DNA of 64,000 nucleotides. Source: Candidatus Woesearchaeota archaeon CG10_big_fil_rev_8_21_14_0_10_45_16 (lineage in GTDB: Archaea; Nanobdellota; Nanobdellia; Woesearchaeales; GW2011-AR9). The DNA lies in assembly GCA_002762785.1 (NCBI GenBank), contig PCXY01000005.1, positions 31,434 through 95,433 on the forward strand, read 5' to 3'. A program made the position numbers and the translations under genes. Below, piece after piece: positions 46,969-57,047 of the stretch. The notes under the pieces were generated by a model, which ran no database searches, was not told the DNA's origin, and saw nothing but the letters and a program-made list of their open reading frames with translations. Position 1 is the first letter of the stretch. Every line of letters begins with the position of its first letter.

Positions 46969-48315
46969 TTAGCTTCGATACGCGGCCCTTTGCACCACTT
47001 CATTAAGAGCTGGATGAACATGGACAGTATTCCTAAGGATCTTAAGAGCTTTCTTTCGGCTGGCTTTCATGGCTATTAAAACTTCATGCAATAATATAGA
47101 CGCTTCCGGCCCGATGATATGGCAACCAAGTATCTCGTCTTTATCGGCAAGGATCTTCACGAAGCCATGTTTCTCGTTTAAGGCTAGTCCTTTTCCAGTA
47201 TTTTTGTAATAAGCTTTACCGACCGTATATTTCTTCTTCTGCTCCAGACATTCCTGTTCCGTCAAGCCCACGCCGGCGATCTGCGGGCTGGTGAAGACAG
47301 CATGGGGCATCGGATAATAATCGACAGCTTTCTTCCTGCTTAAAATATTATTGGTAACGTAATCAGCTTCCAGGTTAGCGCTGTGCCGGAACAGATAGAT
47401 ACCGGCTATATCACCAAGAGCCCAGATGTTCCTGACATTGGTCCTCATGTACTTGTCTACTTTGATGAAACCACGCTTGTCGGTCTTGATACCTGCTTTT
47501 TCCAGATCAAGGGTATCGGAATTAGGGACTACTCCTGTCGCAACTAACAATTTTTCTCCAGTAATTTTCCTAGTCTTGTTGCCTATTTTAACAGTAACTA
47601 AAACATTCTTTCCTTTCTTCTGGACTTTAGTGGCAGATGCATTGAGGAGGATCTTGTTTTCCCATAGTTTGGTAATAAGTCCTGCAACTTCTTTGTCTTC
47701 CCTCGGTACCAATAACGGACCGCGCTGGATGATCGTCACTTTACAGCCGAGAGCTGAATAGAAATGTCCTAACTCAACGCCGATATAACCCCCGCCGATG
47801 ATGACTAAACTTTTAGGCAGTTTCGTCTGTCTTAAAGCTTCGGTACTGGTCATGTAGGGCACTTCGTCCAGCCCTTCGATCGGTGGGATAAATGGTCTGG
47901 CCCCGGCGGCGATGACGATCTTCTTACCCCGAATGGTCTTGCCGGCTACCCTGATAGTGTGTTTATCGATAAACCTGCCTTTCCCTTTGAACAACGTTTC
48001 TTTGGAAGTTGATCTTACTCCTTTCTCGATATTTCTAGCATCGGCATCAACGGTCTTGTTAGCCCTGTCTGTAACAAACTTAAAGTTTACATGTTGCAAA
48101 GAAGCCTGAAGCCCGAACTCTTTAGCTCTTCGGATGGTTTCGGCAACTTCCGCAGAATGAATGACGATCTTGCTGGGGATACATCCTCTGTTGAGACAAG
48201 TCCCTCCTAAAGGACCATCTTCAACGACAGCCACACTCAAGCCACGTTCAACAGCAGCAGAAGCCACGTTCAATCCAGCTCCAGAGCCGATGACTATCAG
48301 ATCGAATGTTTTCAT
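46969..48315 (-). CDS. Class I pyridine nucleotide-disulfide oxidoreductase (LpdA/mycothione reductase-like)
   Basis: GSGAG, GGTCLNRGCIPSK, GGGYIG, HVHPALNE. Confidence 0.92.
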   Translation of the reverse strand: MKTFDLIVIGSGAGLNVASAAVERGLSVAVVEDGPLGGTCLNRGCIPSKIVIHSAEVAETIRRAKEFGLQASLQHVNFKFVTDRANKTVDADARNIEKGVRSTSKETLFKGKGRFIDKHTIRVAGKTIRGKKIVIAAGARPFIPPIEGLDEVPYMTSTEALRQTKLPKSLVIIGGGYIGVELGHFYSALGCKVTIIQRGPLLVPREDKEVAGLITKLWENKILLNASATKVQKKGKNVLVTVKIGNKTRKITGEKLLVATGVVPNSDTLDLEKAGIKTDKRGFIKVDKYMRTNVRNIWALGDIAGIYLFRHSANLEADYVTNNILSRKKAVDYYPMPHAVFTSPQIAGVGLTEQECLEQKKKYTVGKAYYKNTGKGLALNEKHGFVKILADKDEILGCHIIGPEASILLHEVLIAMKASRKKALKILRNTVHVHPALNEVVQRAAYRS

Positions 48316-48373
48316 GTACACCTCTTTTTATAGTAAGAATGAATTTTGATATTTAAAAGGTTCGGTCACAAGC

Positions 48374-48399
48374 GGCCCTGTAGAAAATGAAATGTCACC
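48374..48399. mobile_element. MITE family A truncated end between 9-bp direct repeats
   Basis: GGCCCTGTAGAAAATGAAATGTCACC flanked by GTCACAAGC at 48365-48373 and 48400-48408. Confidence 0.65.
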
Positions 48400-48408
48400 G
48401 TCACAAGC

Positions 48409-49692
48409 TCAGGAGGTTTCCGTACAAACCTCATACACTTTCTGGAACAGCAGAGTTATCTTTTCTTTAGAGATTGAGGAATACGCAATACGCAGTAGTT
48501 TTCCAGAGGATATCACTCCGACACCACTCTCGGAGATCAATCTCTTACGGATCATATCAGCATCATGTTTCTTCAGTTCGATGCACATGAAATAGCCGGA
48601 GTTGAACGGCAATGGTTCAAAACAACGTGTATATTCGGGATGTTTGTTCAAAACGTCTTTCACAGCTTCATACCTTTGTTGCAAGATTTTTTTCTTCTCT
48701 TCTACTTGAGAAGTGAAAGAAGCATCTGAAAGTCCTTTAAAGACTACGTTCTGTGAATGGGTACAGACGTTGGAGACAGTACCGCGGATGATACCGGCAG
48801 TCTTGTTCTCTAACACTTCCAATACTTCGGGAGAAAGACCTTTGCCGCCATAAGTCACGAAAGCGACCCGCAGGCCCCAGGAGTACGCTTCCTTGCTGAT
48901 GCCATCTATCTTGACAGCGAGAAGGTTCTCATGCAGATCTGTCAGAAGATCGAATAAAGAAGAAGGATAGATGTTCTTTTCATAGTTCAGGCCGAAGTAA
49001 GCATCGTCACAGATGACCAGCAGACGGTTGCCCCGCTCAGCGCTTTCTTTCAGGACTTTGATGATAGCTTCTGCTTCTGAAACCGTCGGTGAGTAACCAG
49101 TCGGATTATTCGGAAAATTAAGCAAGACTATCTTTTTCTGGTTGTTGCCTGAAGTTTTCTCTTCCAGGCTTTTGATGTTAAAACCGTCGTTATCAAATAA
49201 GGGATAAAGATCAAGGTCAGCCTGTTCAAAGATCAGCTTGTAATTGCCCCAGTGTAGGTCAGGAAGCACTAACGTGTCGTTGTCATCCACAAAGAGACGG
49301 CTGATGATATATAGGCCATGAGTAAGACCGCTGCAGACGACAGGCAGGCTTATCTCTGATCCCAGATCAGGATTTTTCTCCAGGATCAGCTCTTTCCACA
49401 GCTTCCGCAGCTGCGGCTGGCCGTAATTAGGAGAATACATAAATGTCTCTTCCGGCGATAAGAGAGATTGTTTCTTGAAAGCGTTTAAGAACATGATACG
49501 GCCGTCATCTTCAAAAGCCTGACCGATAGTAGCATTTATTTTAGTTCCTTTGGCATCAGCTGTCTGCCCGGGGATGCCGTCTTTAGGGAAGAAAGCTTTC
49601 TGTCCAGCTTTAGACAGCAAAGAGCAGATGAAAGGAGATTGTTTCTCCAGGACTGCGTTCAGCTTCTCTGCCGCCAGGGATAAATGTACCAT
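48409..49692 (-). CDS. PLP-dependent aminotransferase class I/II
   Basis: NFPNNPTG, DDAY, DGISKE..WGLRV; start corrected to MVHL at 49692. Confidence 0.92.
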   Translation of the reverse strand: MVHLSLAAEKLNAVLEKQSPFICSLLSKAGQKAFFPKDGIPGQTADAKGTKINATIGQAFEDDGRIMFLNAFKKQSLLSPEETFMYSPNYGQPQLRKLWKELILEKNPDLGSEISLPVVCSGLTHGLYIISRLFVDDNDTLVLPDLHWGNYKLIFEQADLDLYPLFDNDGFNIKSLEEKTSGNNQKKIVLLNFPNNPTGYSPTVSEAEAIIKVLKESAERGNRLLVICDDAYFGLNYEKNIYPSSLFDLLTDLHENLLAVKIDGISKEAYSWGLRVAFVTYGGKGLSPEVLEVLENKTAGIIRGTVSNVCTHSQNVVFKGLSDASFTSQVEEKKKILQQRYEAVKDVLNKHPEYTRCFEPLPFNSGYFMCIELKKHDADMIRKRLISESGVGVISSGKLLRIAYSSISKEKITLLFQKVYEVCTETS

Positions 49693-49780
49693 GTTGAGGA
49701 AATACTTCCAGGAAGTTATAAATCTTATCAAGCAACATTTAAATACAATAAAATATTGGCAGATATAAAAAGAGGCAAGT

Positions 49781-50266
49781 ATGAAGAGAGACCAATACAT
49801 CTGGGGAATACTACGTATCACACTGGGATGGATATTTCTCTGGCCGTTCTTCGATAAGCTGTTTGGCTTAGGATTTGCCACGGCAGCTGGAAATTCTTGG
49901 CTATCAGGAACGTCGCCTACCTCCGGATTCCTGCTTCATGGAACAAAAGGTCCATTGGCTTTTCTCTTCCAGTCACTTGCCAACAATCCCGTCGTTGATT
50001 GGCTGTTCATGCTCGGCCTGCTGTTGATCGGATTGTCGCTGATCTTGGGCATCGGTGTCAGGATAGCCTGTTATTCCGGCATGACTTTGTTGATCCTGAT
50101 GTACCTGGCAACTCTTCTTCCCGAGAATAATCCGATCGTCGACGAGCACATCGTATTTTCAATCATCCTCTTTGGTCTATCATCGCTGAAAGCCGGACAA
50201 TGGCTGGGTTTCGGGAAACGATGGTCGAAGACTAAACTGGTAAAAAAATACAGAATATTGGAATAA
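49781..50266 (+). CDS. DoxX-family membrane protein
   Basis: LRITLGWIFLWPFFDKLFG; NNPIVDEH. Confidence 0.85.
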   Translation: MKRDQYIWGILRITLGWIFLWPFFDKLFGLGFATAAGNSWLSGTSPTSGFLLHGTKGPLAFLFQSLANNPVVDWLFMLGLLLIGLSLILGIGVRIACYSGMTLLILMYLATLLPENNPIVDEHIVFSIILFGLSSLKAGQWLGFGKRWSKTKLVKKYRILE

Positions 50267-50267
50267 G

Positions 50268-51254
50268 ATGGTAAAAATATTTGTGACAAGGAACCTTCCT
50301 GGAGAAGCGATCGCCAAGCTGAAAAAGAAACACACCGTCCAGATCTATCCTAAAGATAAAGTTATCCCCAGAAAGAAGCTGCTGAAAGGTGTAAAGTGGT
50401 GTGATGTCCTATTATGTCTTCTTACCGATAAGATCGACAAGGAAGTCATCGACGCCAACCCTAACCTGAAGATGATCTCTAATTATGCTGTCGGGTTCAA
50501 CAATATCGATGTCAAATACGCGACTGAAAAAGGCATACCCATTACCAATACGCCTGGTCAGGCTATCGTCGATGCAGTCGCAGAACATACTTTCGCGTTG
50601 ATGCTGGCTGTTTCCAAACGAGTGGTGGAAGCTGACACCTTCACAAGAAAGAAAAAATATCGCGGATGGTCCCCCACTTTGTTGATGGGAACAGAACTTA
50701 CCGGCAAGACCCTGGGAATCATCGGTCTGGGAAGGATCGGAACAGGTGTAGCAGAAAGGGCTGGCCATGGTCTTGGGATGAAAGTGATCTACCACGATGT
50801 GAGACGAGATAAAAAGTTTGAGAAAAAGTATAAAGCGCAATTTGTTCCATTGAACAAACTTCTCAAAAATTCAGATTTCATCACTTTACATGTCCCTTTA
50901 TTAAAATCAACAAGACATCTTATCGGAGCTAAAGAATTAAAGATGATGAAAAAAACGTCATTCCTGATCAATACCTCCCGAGGGCCTGTCGTTGATGAGA
51001 AAGCATTGGTATCGGCATTGAAGAAGAGGCAGATAGCCGGCGCGGGATTAGATGTTTATGAATTTGAACCAAAGTTAGCCCCTGGACTGACAAGACTGCA
51101 AAATGTGGTACTGACTCCGCATATCGCTTCAGCCACGATAGAAGCAAGATCAGAGATGGCCTGGGATGCTGTCAATAATATCCTGGCCGTGCTCAGCGGT
51201 AAGAAAGCGGCGAAGACAGTCAATCCAGAAGTGTATAAGAAAAATAATAAATAA
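50268..51254 (+). CDS. D-isomer 2-hydroxyacid dehydrogenase (glyoxylate reductase-like)
   Basis: AVGFNNID, GLGRIG, NTSRG, DVYEFEP, PHIAS. Confidence 0.93.
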   Translation: MVKIFVTRNLPGEAIAKLKKKHTVQIYPKDKVIPRKKLLKGVKWCDVLLCLLTDKIDKEVIDANPNLKMISNYAVGFNNIDVKYATEKGIPITNTPGQAIVDAVAEHTFALMLAVSKRVVEADTFTRKKKYRGWSPTLLMGTELTGKTLGIIGLGRIGTGVAERAGHGLGMKVIYHDVRRDKKFEKKYKAQFVPLNKLLKNSDFITLHVPLLKSTRHLIGAKELKMMKKTSFLINTSRGPVVDEKALVSALKKRQIAGAGLDVYEFEPKLAPGLTRLQNVVLTPHIASATIEARSEMAWDAVNNILAVLSGKKAAKTVNPEVYKKNNK

Positions 51255-51260
51255 AAAAAC

Positions 51261-51677
51261 TTATTCTACGTTCAAAGTTGCTCTAACACCATAGGCTACG
51301 GTCCAGAACTGATAGGTTCCAGCCATATCAAAGGTCTTCTCGTAACTCTCGCCTGATTTGATCAAGCTGCTGGCGGAGTTGCCGCTTGGCCCTTTAAAGG
51401 TCAATGTCATCGGTTTAGCGTCATCGTTGACAAACCTAATGGTTCCACCGGCTGAGACGGAAACTTCTTCCCTGTCAAAACCTTCCTTTCCCAGGATATG
51501 GACTTCGTCGCCGCTTGGAGCTGCCGGAGCCGTATCGACTGGCGCTGCTGATTGTTCTTGTGGAGGGACCGCAGGCGCTGGAGCTGGTTCTGAAGGAGCA
51601 GCTTGGGGAGCGCTAGGGCTGCATCCTGCCACGAGAGCAAGTACCAGCAAAATTCCTACAATTGCTTGCAATTTCAT
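51261..51677 (-). CDS. Lipoprotein with cupredoxin-like domain lacking copper ligands
   Basis: LVAGC lipobox; Pro/Ala linker; VSAGGTIRFVN..GESYEKTF..AGTYQF. Confidence 0.75.
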   Translation of the reverse strand: MKLQAIVGILLVLALVAGCSPSAPQAAPSEPAPAPAVPPQEQSAAPVDTAPAAPSGDEVHILGKEGFDREEVSVSAGGTIRFVNDDAKPMTLTFKGPSGNSASSLIKSGESYEKTFDMAGTYQFWTVAYGVRATLNVE

Positions 51678-51693
51678 GTTATTTCACCTCGTG

Positions 51694-52380
51694 TTAAATA
51701 TACCATGTCATCACGATAAATAAGGCATAGGTTATAAATCCTATTGTAAAGTAACCTATATTTCCATCACGACCAAATGGGATGTGGTGCCTGATGACTG
51801 TGAAGAGAAGGACACCAGTGGCCAGACCGACAAGGAAAAATTCAAAGCCGACAGGGATAGTCTTCCATAAGAGAGCAAAAAGAACTCCCAATACAGTAGA
51901 ACTGGCCATCAAAGCCGCTTTCCATTTGCTGTGATGAGGCTCCATCGGCAAAGTGCTTACCAGCGTGAAAGTGAGGATAGGGATGAAAGCGATGATCCCT
52001 TCCAAGAGGCTTTCCTGGAACAAGGTCACGAAGACGACCCCCAGGATAACGTGATATACGAATGAAAAGACATTCTCTTCGATGGAGATCAGTTTCACCA
52101 GCTGATGGCTGCGGTTGTGCTTATAGATCTCTTTCTCGATCAGATGATGAGTGATAAAACCGATAAGGAGCGAGATAAACAGCAGTTTGCTGATAGAAAG
52201 AGCCACTTCAGTAAAAGTTGGGAAAAGCTCCAGAAGGACGTAGGTGATAGAGATGCCGGCCGCAAACGAAATCACTTTCTGACTATAATGCCGGCGTCTT
52301 ACCTTGACCCGATTGGCATAATAATGGGTTACAGCTATGACTATACCGAAAACCAAAGGGAGATAAACACCTAACACCAT
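51694..52380 (-). CDS. Multi-pass membrane protein, ZIP-transporter-like
   Basis: SFAAGISITYVLLELFP; ~7-8 TM; several His. Confidence 0.6.
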   Translation of the reverse strand: MVLGVYLPLVFGIVIAVTHYYANRVKVRRRHYSQKVISFAAGISITYVLLELFPTFTEVALSISKLLFISLLIGFITHHLIEKEIYKHNRSHQLVKLISIEENVFSFVYHVILGVVFVTLFQESLLEGIIAFIPILTFTLVSTLPMEPHHSKWKAALMASSTVLGVLFALLWKTIPVGFEFFLVGLATGVLLFTVIRHHIPFGRDGNIGYFTIGFITYALFIVMTWYI

Positions 52381-52403
52381 CTAATATAGTAAAAAAGAGA
52401 TAC

Positions 52404-52643
52404 TTAAAAATGTTCCTTCAGGTACTTGACTATCTTCTGCGAATCGCCGATGAAAGTTTCGCCGACCTTTATGACCGGAACCGTTGGAACGCCGCTTTTC
52501 TGAAGCAGCTCCTGGCGTAAAGGATCGTCACGATCGTAAGGGACGTTGACTTTCTGGTATTCAAGCTTCAGATCAGCTAACTGCTGTCTTACTTTTTCAC
52601 AGAATGGGCACTCTTCAAATTGGTATAAGGTTATGGTTGGCAT
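52404..52643 (-). CDS. Glutaredoxin/GST N-terminal-like protein
   Basis: LYQFEECPFC, SGVPTVP, DS. Confidence 0.9.
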   Translation of the reverse strand: MPTITLYQFEECPFCEKVRQQLADLKLEYQKVNVPYDRDDPLRQELLQKSGVPTVPVIKVGETFIGDSQKIVKYLKEHF

Positions 52644-52732
52644 AAATTGTCAAGAATGATGATCATATATAAGATTAATGAAAAAACCCAATCCCAGGAA
52701 GAAATGAAAACAAAAAGAAAAAAGGAGAAGAT

Positions 52733-52891
52733 TTACTTCTTCCCCATTATTCGGAACATTGTCGTGCCGCACTTAGGACATTTACCTTTCATCGCACGTC
52801 TTTCGACACCGCCTTTACCTTTCATAGCAACTTCTTTAGCAGCAGTCATCTCTTGTTTTGCTTTACACTTAACACAATATCCTTCAACCAT
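52733..52891 (-). CDS. Small zinc-ribbon protein (DUF5679-like)
   Basis: MVEGYCVKCKAKQEM..RRAMKGKCPKCGTTMFRIMGKK*; SD GAGGTG; not in the ORF track. Confidence 0.85.
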   Translation of the reverse strand: MVEGYCVKCKAKQEMTAAKEVAMKGKGGVERRAMKGKCPKCGTTMFRIMGKK

Positions 52892-53060
52892 AGTCAACAC
52901 CTCAATCTTTTAGGAACGTAAACGCCTCACGCCCTTTTTTATCCATAAGCAGGATTCCGCTTAAAAATGTTTCGGCTATCCAGCCTATTTTTGCCCGAAA
53001 AATCTGATTTTGATCAACATTCCCGAAAAACATATAAAAACCCTGCCTAGAAAGAAGAGA

Positions 53061-53297
53061 ATGCTTACGCTGGAACAGATCAAAGAAAAGATCAAAGCTG
53101 GACTGCCAGGAGCAGAAGTGGAGATCCTTGACCCACGGAAGGATGGAGTGCATATCAAAGTCATCGTCACTTTCGCTGGATTTGAAGGGAAGCCTCTCTT
53201 ACAGCAGCATCGGATGGTCTATCAGACACTCAAAGAAGAATTAAAGGAAAAAGTTCATGCGTTGGGCATAGAAACGAAGGTACGATACGATGGATGA
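53061..53297 (+). CDS. bolA: BolA/IbaG family protein
   Basis: DGVH, FEGKPLLQQHRMVY, VHAL; start corrected to 53061. Confidence 0.92.
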   Translation: MLTLEQIKEKIKAGLPGAEVEILDPRKDGVHIKVIVTFAGFEGKPLLQQHRMVYQTLKEELKEKVHALGIETKVRYDG

Positions 53298-53595
53298 AGA
53301 TATACGAAACAGGATCGAGACGATGATCAAAAGCAATAAAATCTTTCTGTTCATGAAAGGGACACCAGAAGAGCCGCAATGCGGATTCTCGTTCCGGGTG
53401 GTGAAGATACTCAAAGAGATCGGCGCTGAATTTAGCTCTTTTGATGTCCTTTCAGACATGAAGATCAGGGAAGGCGTGAAAGAATATTCTGACTGGCCGA
53501 CCATCCCTCAGCTATACATCAACGGCGAATTTGTCGGCGGCTGTGATATCGCTGAACAGTTGTTCGCTTCCGGAGAATTGCAGAGGATGTTATGA
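53290..53595 (+). CDS. grxD: Monothiol CGFS glutaredoxin
   Basis: FMKGTP..PQCGFS, WPTIPQLY, GGCD. Confidence 0.96.
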   Translation: MDEDIRNRIETMIKSNKIFLFMKGTPEEPQCGFSFRVVKILKEIGAEFSSFDVLSDMKIREGVKEYSDWPTIPQLYINGEFVGGCDIAEQLFASGELQRML

Positions 53596-54209
53596 GATCT
53601 CTTATCTATGACATAGATAATACTTTAACCCCTACTACCAAACATTATTTTAGAGAATTGCATCGGCTTCTGAAACATCCTAAACCGGTTGAAGAGTTGA
53701 TAGCAAATCATGAACTAGTAGAGCATGTGCCAGAATGGCAAAGTCACCCTCAATTTGGAGAAGAATTTCAAAAGCTTTTATATTGCGGGGTTACCCATGC
53801 GCAGCTGCCACCGATTGAAGGTTCTCAAGCTGCAGTTTGGAACACCCATTCCAGAACACCGACCGCCGGCTATCTCACAGCCCGGCCGCATACATTAACA
53901 GAGGTCACCGAGATATGGCTGCGGACTCATGGGTTCCCGATTGAATGGCTGCCAGCGTATCACCGACCAGCTGATGTTGACGCAAAAGATGCAAACGCCT
54001 GGAAAGCTGACTTTTTAGTAGAACGTTTCCCTGAAATCGGCGGAATAGCGGATGATAGTAGAGGTCTTCCCAGAGAACTTAAAAAAAGAGGCTACAGAGG
54101 GAAGGTATTTATCGTCGGCAGCGCTGAACATCCTTTACAAGACGAAGAACATTACATCCCATGCCCGACCCTAGATCATATTTTAGACCACATCAAGAGA
54201 TCAGCGTAA
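53592..54209 (+). CDS. HAD-superfamily nucleotidase-like protein
   Basis: YDIDNTL, LTARP, K, ADDS. Confidence 0.75.
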   Translation: MRSLIYDIDNTLTPTTKHYFRELHRLLKHPKPVEELIANHELVEHVPEWQSHPQFGEEFQKLLYCGVTHAQLPPIEGSQAAVWNTHSRTPTAGYLTARPHTLTEVTEIWLRTHGFPIEWLPAYHRPADVDAKDANAWKADFLVERFPEIGGIADDSRGLPRELKKRGYRGKVFIVGSAEHPLQDEEHYIPCPTLDHILDHIKRSA

Positions 54210-54638
54210 GACACAGTTGAATTTTTCTAAGAGGTAATCTCTCAATCTGCCGTAGACATCCTCAGGAGAACTGCCCTGGATGGTTATTCTGGCCGAAGGG
54301 ACGAGAGGGGCACTTACAACAACAGTTGCAGATCTGTCCTGAAACCGATCGGTAAGCTGACCCTTAAACCTGCCAAGCGCTGCGGTCACTTCAGCGAAGG
54401 CTTCAGGAGCTTGTTGTTCGTTAAGCCAATACATAGTGACCATCTCAAAAGCCCCAGGACCTTTAGAATCATTGGAAGCCTGAGAAGGGTCGTATGTCGC
54501 CGTCACAAACCCCAATCCGGGCGCAAGATTCGGTTTCTTATATTGTTGAACCCCAGAACGATCTTCTGAAATGGCTCTCCTTGTAAAACAGATAAATCCC
54601 AACCCTTCAAATGCAGCATCAATACTCTCATAATCCAT
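54201..54638 (-). CDS. Hypothetical protein
   Basis: 145-aa ORF with TATA upstream. Confidence 0.55.
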   Translation of the reverse strand: MDYESIDAAFEGLGFICFTRRAISEDRSGVQQYKKPNLAPGLGFVTATYDPSQASNDSKGPGAFEMVTMYWLNEQQAPEAFAEVTAALGRFKGQLTDRFQDRSATVVVSAPLVPSARITIQGSSPEDVYGRLRDYLLEKFNCVLR

Positions 54639-54724
54639 AGAAAATCTCAGCCATTGGCTATTTTATAAAGATTGTTGTGCTCACTGTCAACAATCCATAT
54701 AAACAGATGTCTTCTAGAAAACCC

Positions 54725-55948
54725 ATGAAATATGCCCATCTAGCTGATCTGCACCTTGGTTCTTGGCGGGAGCCGAAGATGAGAGACCTTTCTACTAAAG
54801 CGTTTATGATGGCGGTCGATCAATGCATCCAGGAAAAAGTGGATTTCATCCTTTTTGCCGGGGACCTATTCAACACCTCCTTGCCATCTCTAGACACTTT
54901 AAAGCTGGTGACCAAACGGCTGAAAGAGATCAAAGATTTAAACATCCCTATCTACGTCATAGCCGGATCGCATGATTTCTCACCCAGCGGTAAGACCATG
55001 ATCGATGTCCTGGAGAACGCCGGCCTGTTGAAGAATGTCTGTAAAGGCTCTATCGACCAGGAAACCAAAGAGCTGCGGCTCCATTTTACTATTGAAGAAA
55101 AGACCGGGGTTAAGCTGACTGGTCTCCTGGGAAGGAAAGGACAGCTGGACCAACAATATTACGAAACTTTAGACAGAACTTCACTAGAACAAGAGCAAGG
55201 GTATAAGATTTTCATGTTTCATACGACTGTCTCAGAACTGTTATCGAGAGACATGGACAAGATCGAGTCACAGCCGTTGTCAGTCTTTCCTAAAACGTTT
55301 GACTATTATGCTGGTGGTCACATCCATCACCCAGCTAAAGTTGAACAGCCAGGATACAAGTGCGTCACGTATCCTGGTGCATTATTCCCTAATAATTTCC
55401 AGGAAGTAGAGAAGTATGGAAACGGCGGTTATTATCTAATAACAGTTGAAGACGGAAAGCAGGAAGTGACCTGGAAGCCGCTGGAAGTGGTGAAGCATCA
55501 GCAGTTCCTCCTGCAATGCAACGGTAAGTCTCCCGAAGTTATCCACTATGAGGTCTCTGATCATTTCGAGCACGTTGACGTGGAAGGAGCGATCGTCACC
55601 ATCCGTCTGCAAGGATCGATCAAAGGCGGACGTGTCTTTGACATCAACTTTAAAGAGATCTTTGAAAGGCTTTATCAGAAAGGCGCCTATTTCGTGATGA
55701 AGAATACCGCGAAACTACAGTCGGAAGAGTTTGAAGAGATCAAGATCGCTCAGGCTAATCCGGAACTGGTGGAAGAAGAGATCATCAAAGAGCATCTGGG
55801 CCAGCACACTGCTTTTCCGGCTGAGAAAGAGCTGGAAGTGACCAGATCGCTGCTGAATTTCTTGGATACAACCAAGAAGGAAGGCGAAACCCAGACTGAT
55901 TTCCAGAAGCGCGTCGAGGACGACATGGAGAAGGTGCTGGGGTTGTGA
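54725..55948 (+). CDS. mre11: Mre11/SbcD-like DNA repair nuclease
   Basis: ADLHLG, AGDLF, GSHD, GHIH, YPG; start at 54725. Confidence 0.85.
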   Translation: MKYAHLADLHLGSWREPKMRDLSTKAFMMAVDQCIQEKVDFILFAGDLFNTSLPSLDTLKLVTKRLKEIKDLNIPIYVIAGSHDFSPSGKTMIDVLENAGLLKNVCKGSIDQETKELRLHFTIEEKTGVKLTGLLGRKGQLDQQYYETLDRTSLEQEQGYKIFMFHTTVSELLSRDMDKIESQPLSVFPKTFDYYAGGHIHHPAKVEQPGYKCVTYPGALFPNNFQEVEKYGNGGYYLITVEDGKQEVTWKPLEVVKHQQFLLQCNGKSPEVIHYEVSDHFEHVDVEGAIVTIRLQGSIKGGRVFDINFKEIFERLYQKGAYFVMKNTAKLQSEEFEEIKIAQANPELVEEEIIKEHLGQHTAFPAEKELEVTRSLLNFLDTTKKEGETQTDFQKRVEDDMEKVLGL

Positions 55949-55990
55949 AGGGGGATAAGATTAATATTAAATCAAAAAATTAAGTAAAGC

Positions 55991-56938
55991 CTAGTGGTCA
56001 CCAAGCAGCGTCCCTCTTTGCAGATGTTCTATCTGCTTCCTGGCTTCTTCAAACACTGGAGCCTGCCAGCGTTGATCATTTAGGACGCTGTTAACAAACT
56101 TCTGGTGATCGTAACCTTCCATCACAGTGAAAAAGGTAATTTCTCCTTGCTGTCGTCCAGGATCATATTCAACGATCATCCCAGCTGGGCGATAGTCAAG
56201 CTTTCCGTCTGGAGTAAACATGGTGTTAGCGCCGCAGGCCGAAGCAGCGACCAGGACATAGTTGTGATCCGGATCGATCGGAACCGTCCAGATGTCTCCT
56301 CTTGAAGAGACAGCGCCTTCTCGCGGCTTTGGTTTTTTTGTAAGACAGCCGGTTGTGGCTTCAGTAAGGTCTTTCGGTACGCCCATATAAGAAGCGGAAT
56401 GAGAATGACCACGTATGACTAATTGGTCAGAATGTTGAGCCAACTTCAGGAGAAGGGAGGTCTTCGGATCGTATTTTTTATCACTAGGATCTCTCATGCT
56501 TTCTCCAAAACGATGATGCATATCCGTTTCTTTATAGGGATTAGTATGGAAGGGACTATTATGGACAAAAGTCACGCCGTCCCAACTCATGGTCGTTGGT
56601 AGTGACTGCAAGTAAGCCATAATTTTGTCCTGATCTGATGAGGAAGATATATCTCGCCTATTGTAATCTAACGCAGCAATCCTTTCTTCACGTTGAGGAG
56701 TGTCTTCAAAATATTGCAATAACATAGCGTCATGGTTGCCTAGAATTCCCCTGCCCGCCTCGGCTATTGATACCCTGACCGTTTCTAAGCATCCAGGGAA
56801 CATTCCAACAATATCGCCAAGATCAAGAGTGTGTTCTTTGTCAATACCTTCTCTTCGAAGATAATTTAGTACTGCCTCCTGACCCCACGGGTTAGAATGG
56901 GCGTCGGTGATAATCCCTATTCTCATAGTCGAATCCAT
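55991..56938 (-). CDS. Calcineurin-like metallophosphoesterase
   Basis: TDAHSN, LGDIVG, GNHD, VH, GHSH. Confidence 0.85.
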   Translation of the reverse strand: MDSTMRIGIITDAHSNPWGQEAVLNYLRREGIDKEHTLDLGDIVGMFPGCLETVRVSIAEAGRGILGNHDAMLLQYFEDTPQREERIAALDYNRRDISSSSDQDKIMAYLQSLPTTMSWDGVTFVHNSPFHTNPYKETDMHHRFGESMRDPSDKKYDPKTSLLLKLAQHSDQLVIRGHSHSASYMGVPKDLTEATTGCLTKKPKPREGAVSSRGDIWTVPIDPDHNYVLVAASACGANTMFTPDGKLDYRPAGMIVEYDPGRQQGEITFFTVMEGYDHQKFVNSVLNDQRWQAPVFEEARKQIEHLQRGTLLGDH

Positions 56939-57047
56939 GACTACTTCGCAAAGAAATTCTTTTAAATATCTTATGAAAAACTGATTATCTTAAATGACAT
57001 AGGACAATCTATATAAAGCTGTAATCATTTATTCTGATGAGCGTGAG

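Noticed and set aside
49693-49881. N-terminal extension of the aminotransferase overlapping the DoxX gene
   Set aside because: ORF-caller artefact; the ATG at 49692 has a TATA upstream and removes the overlap
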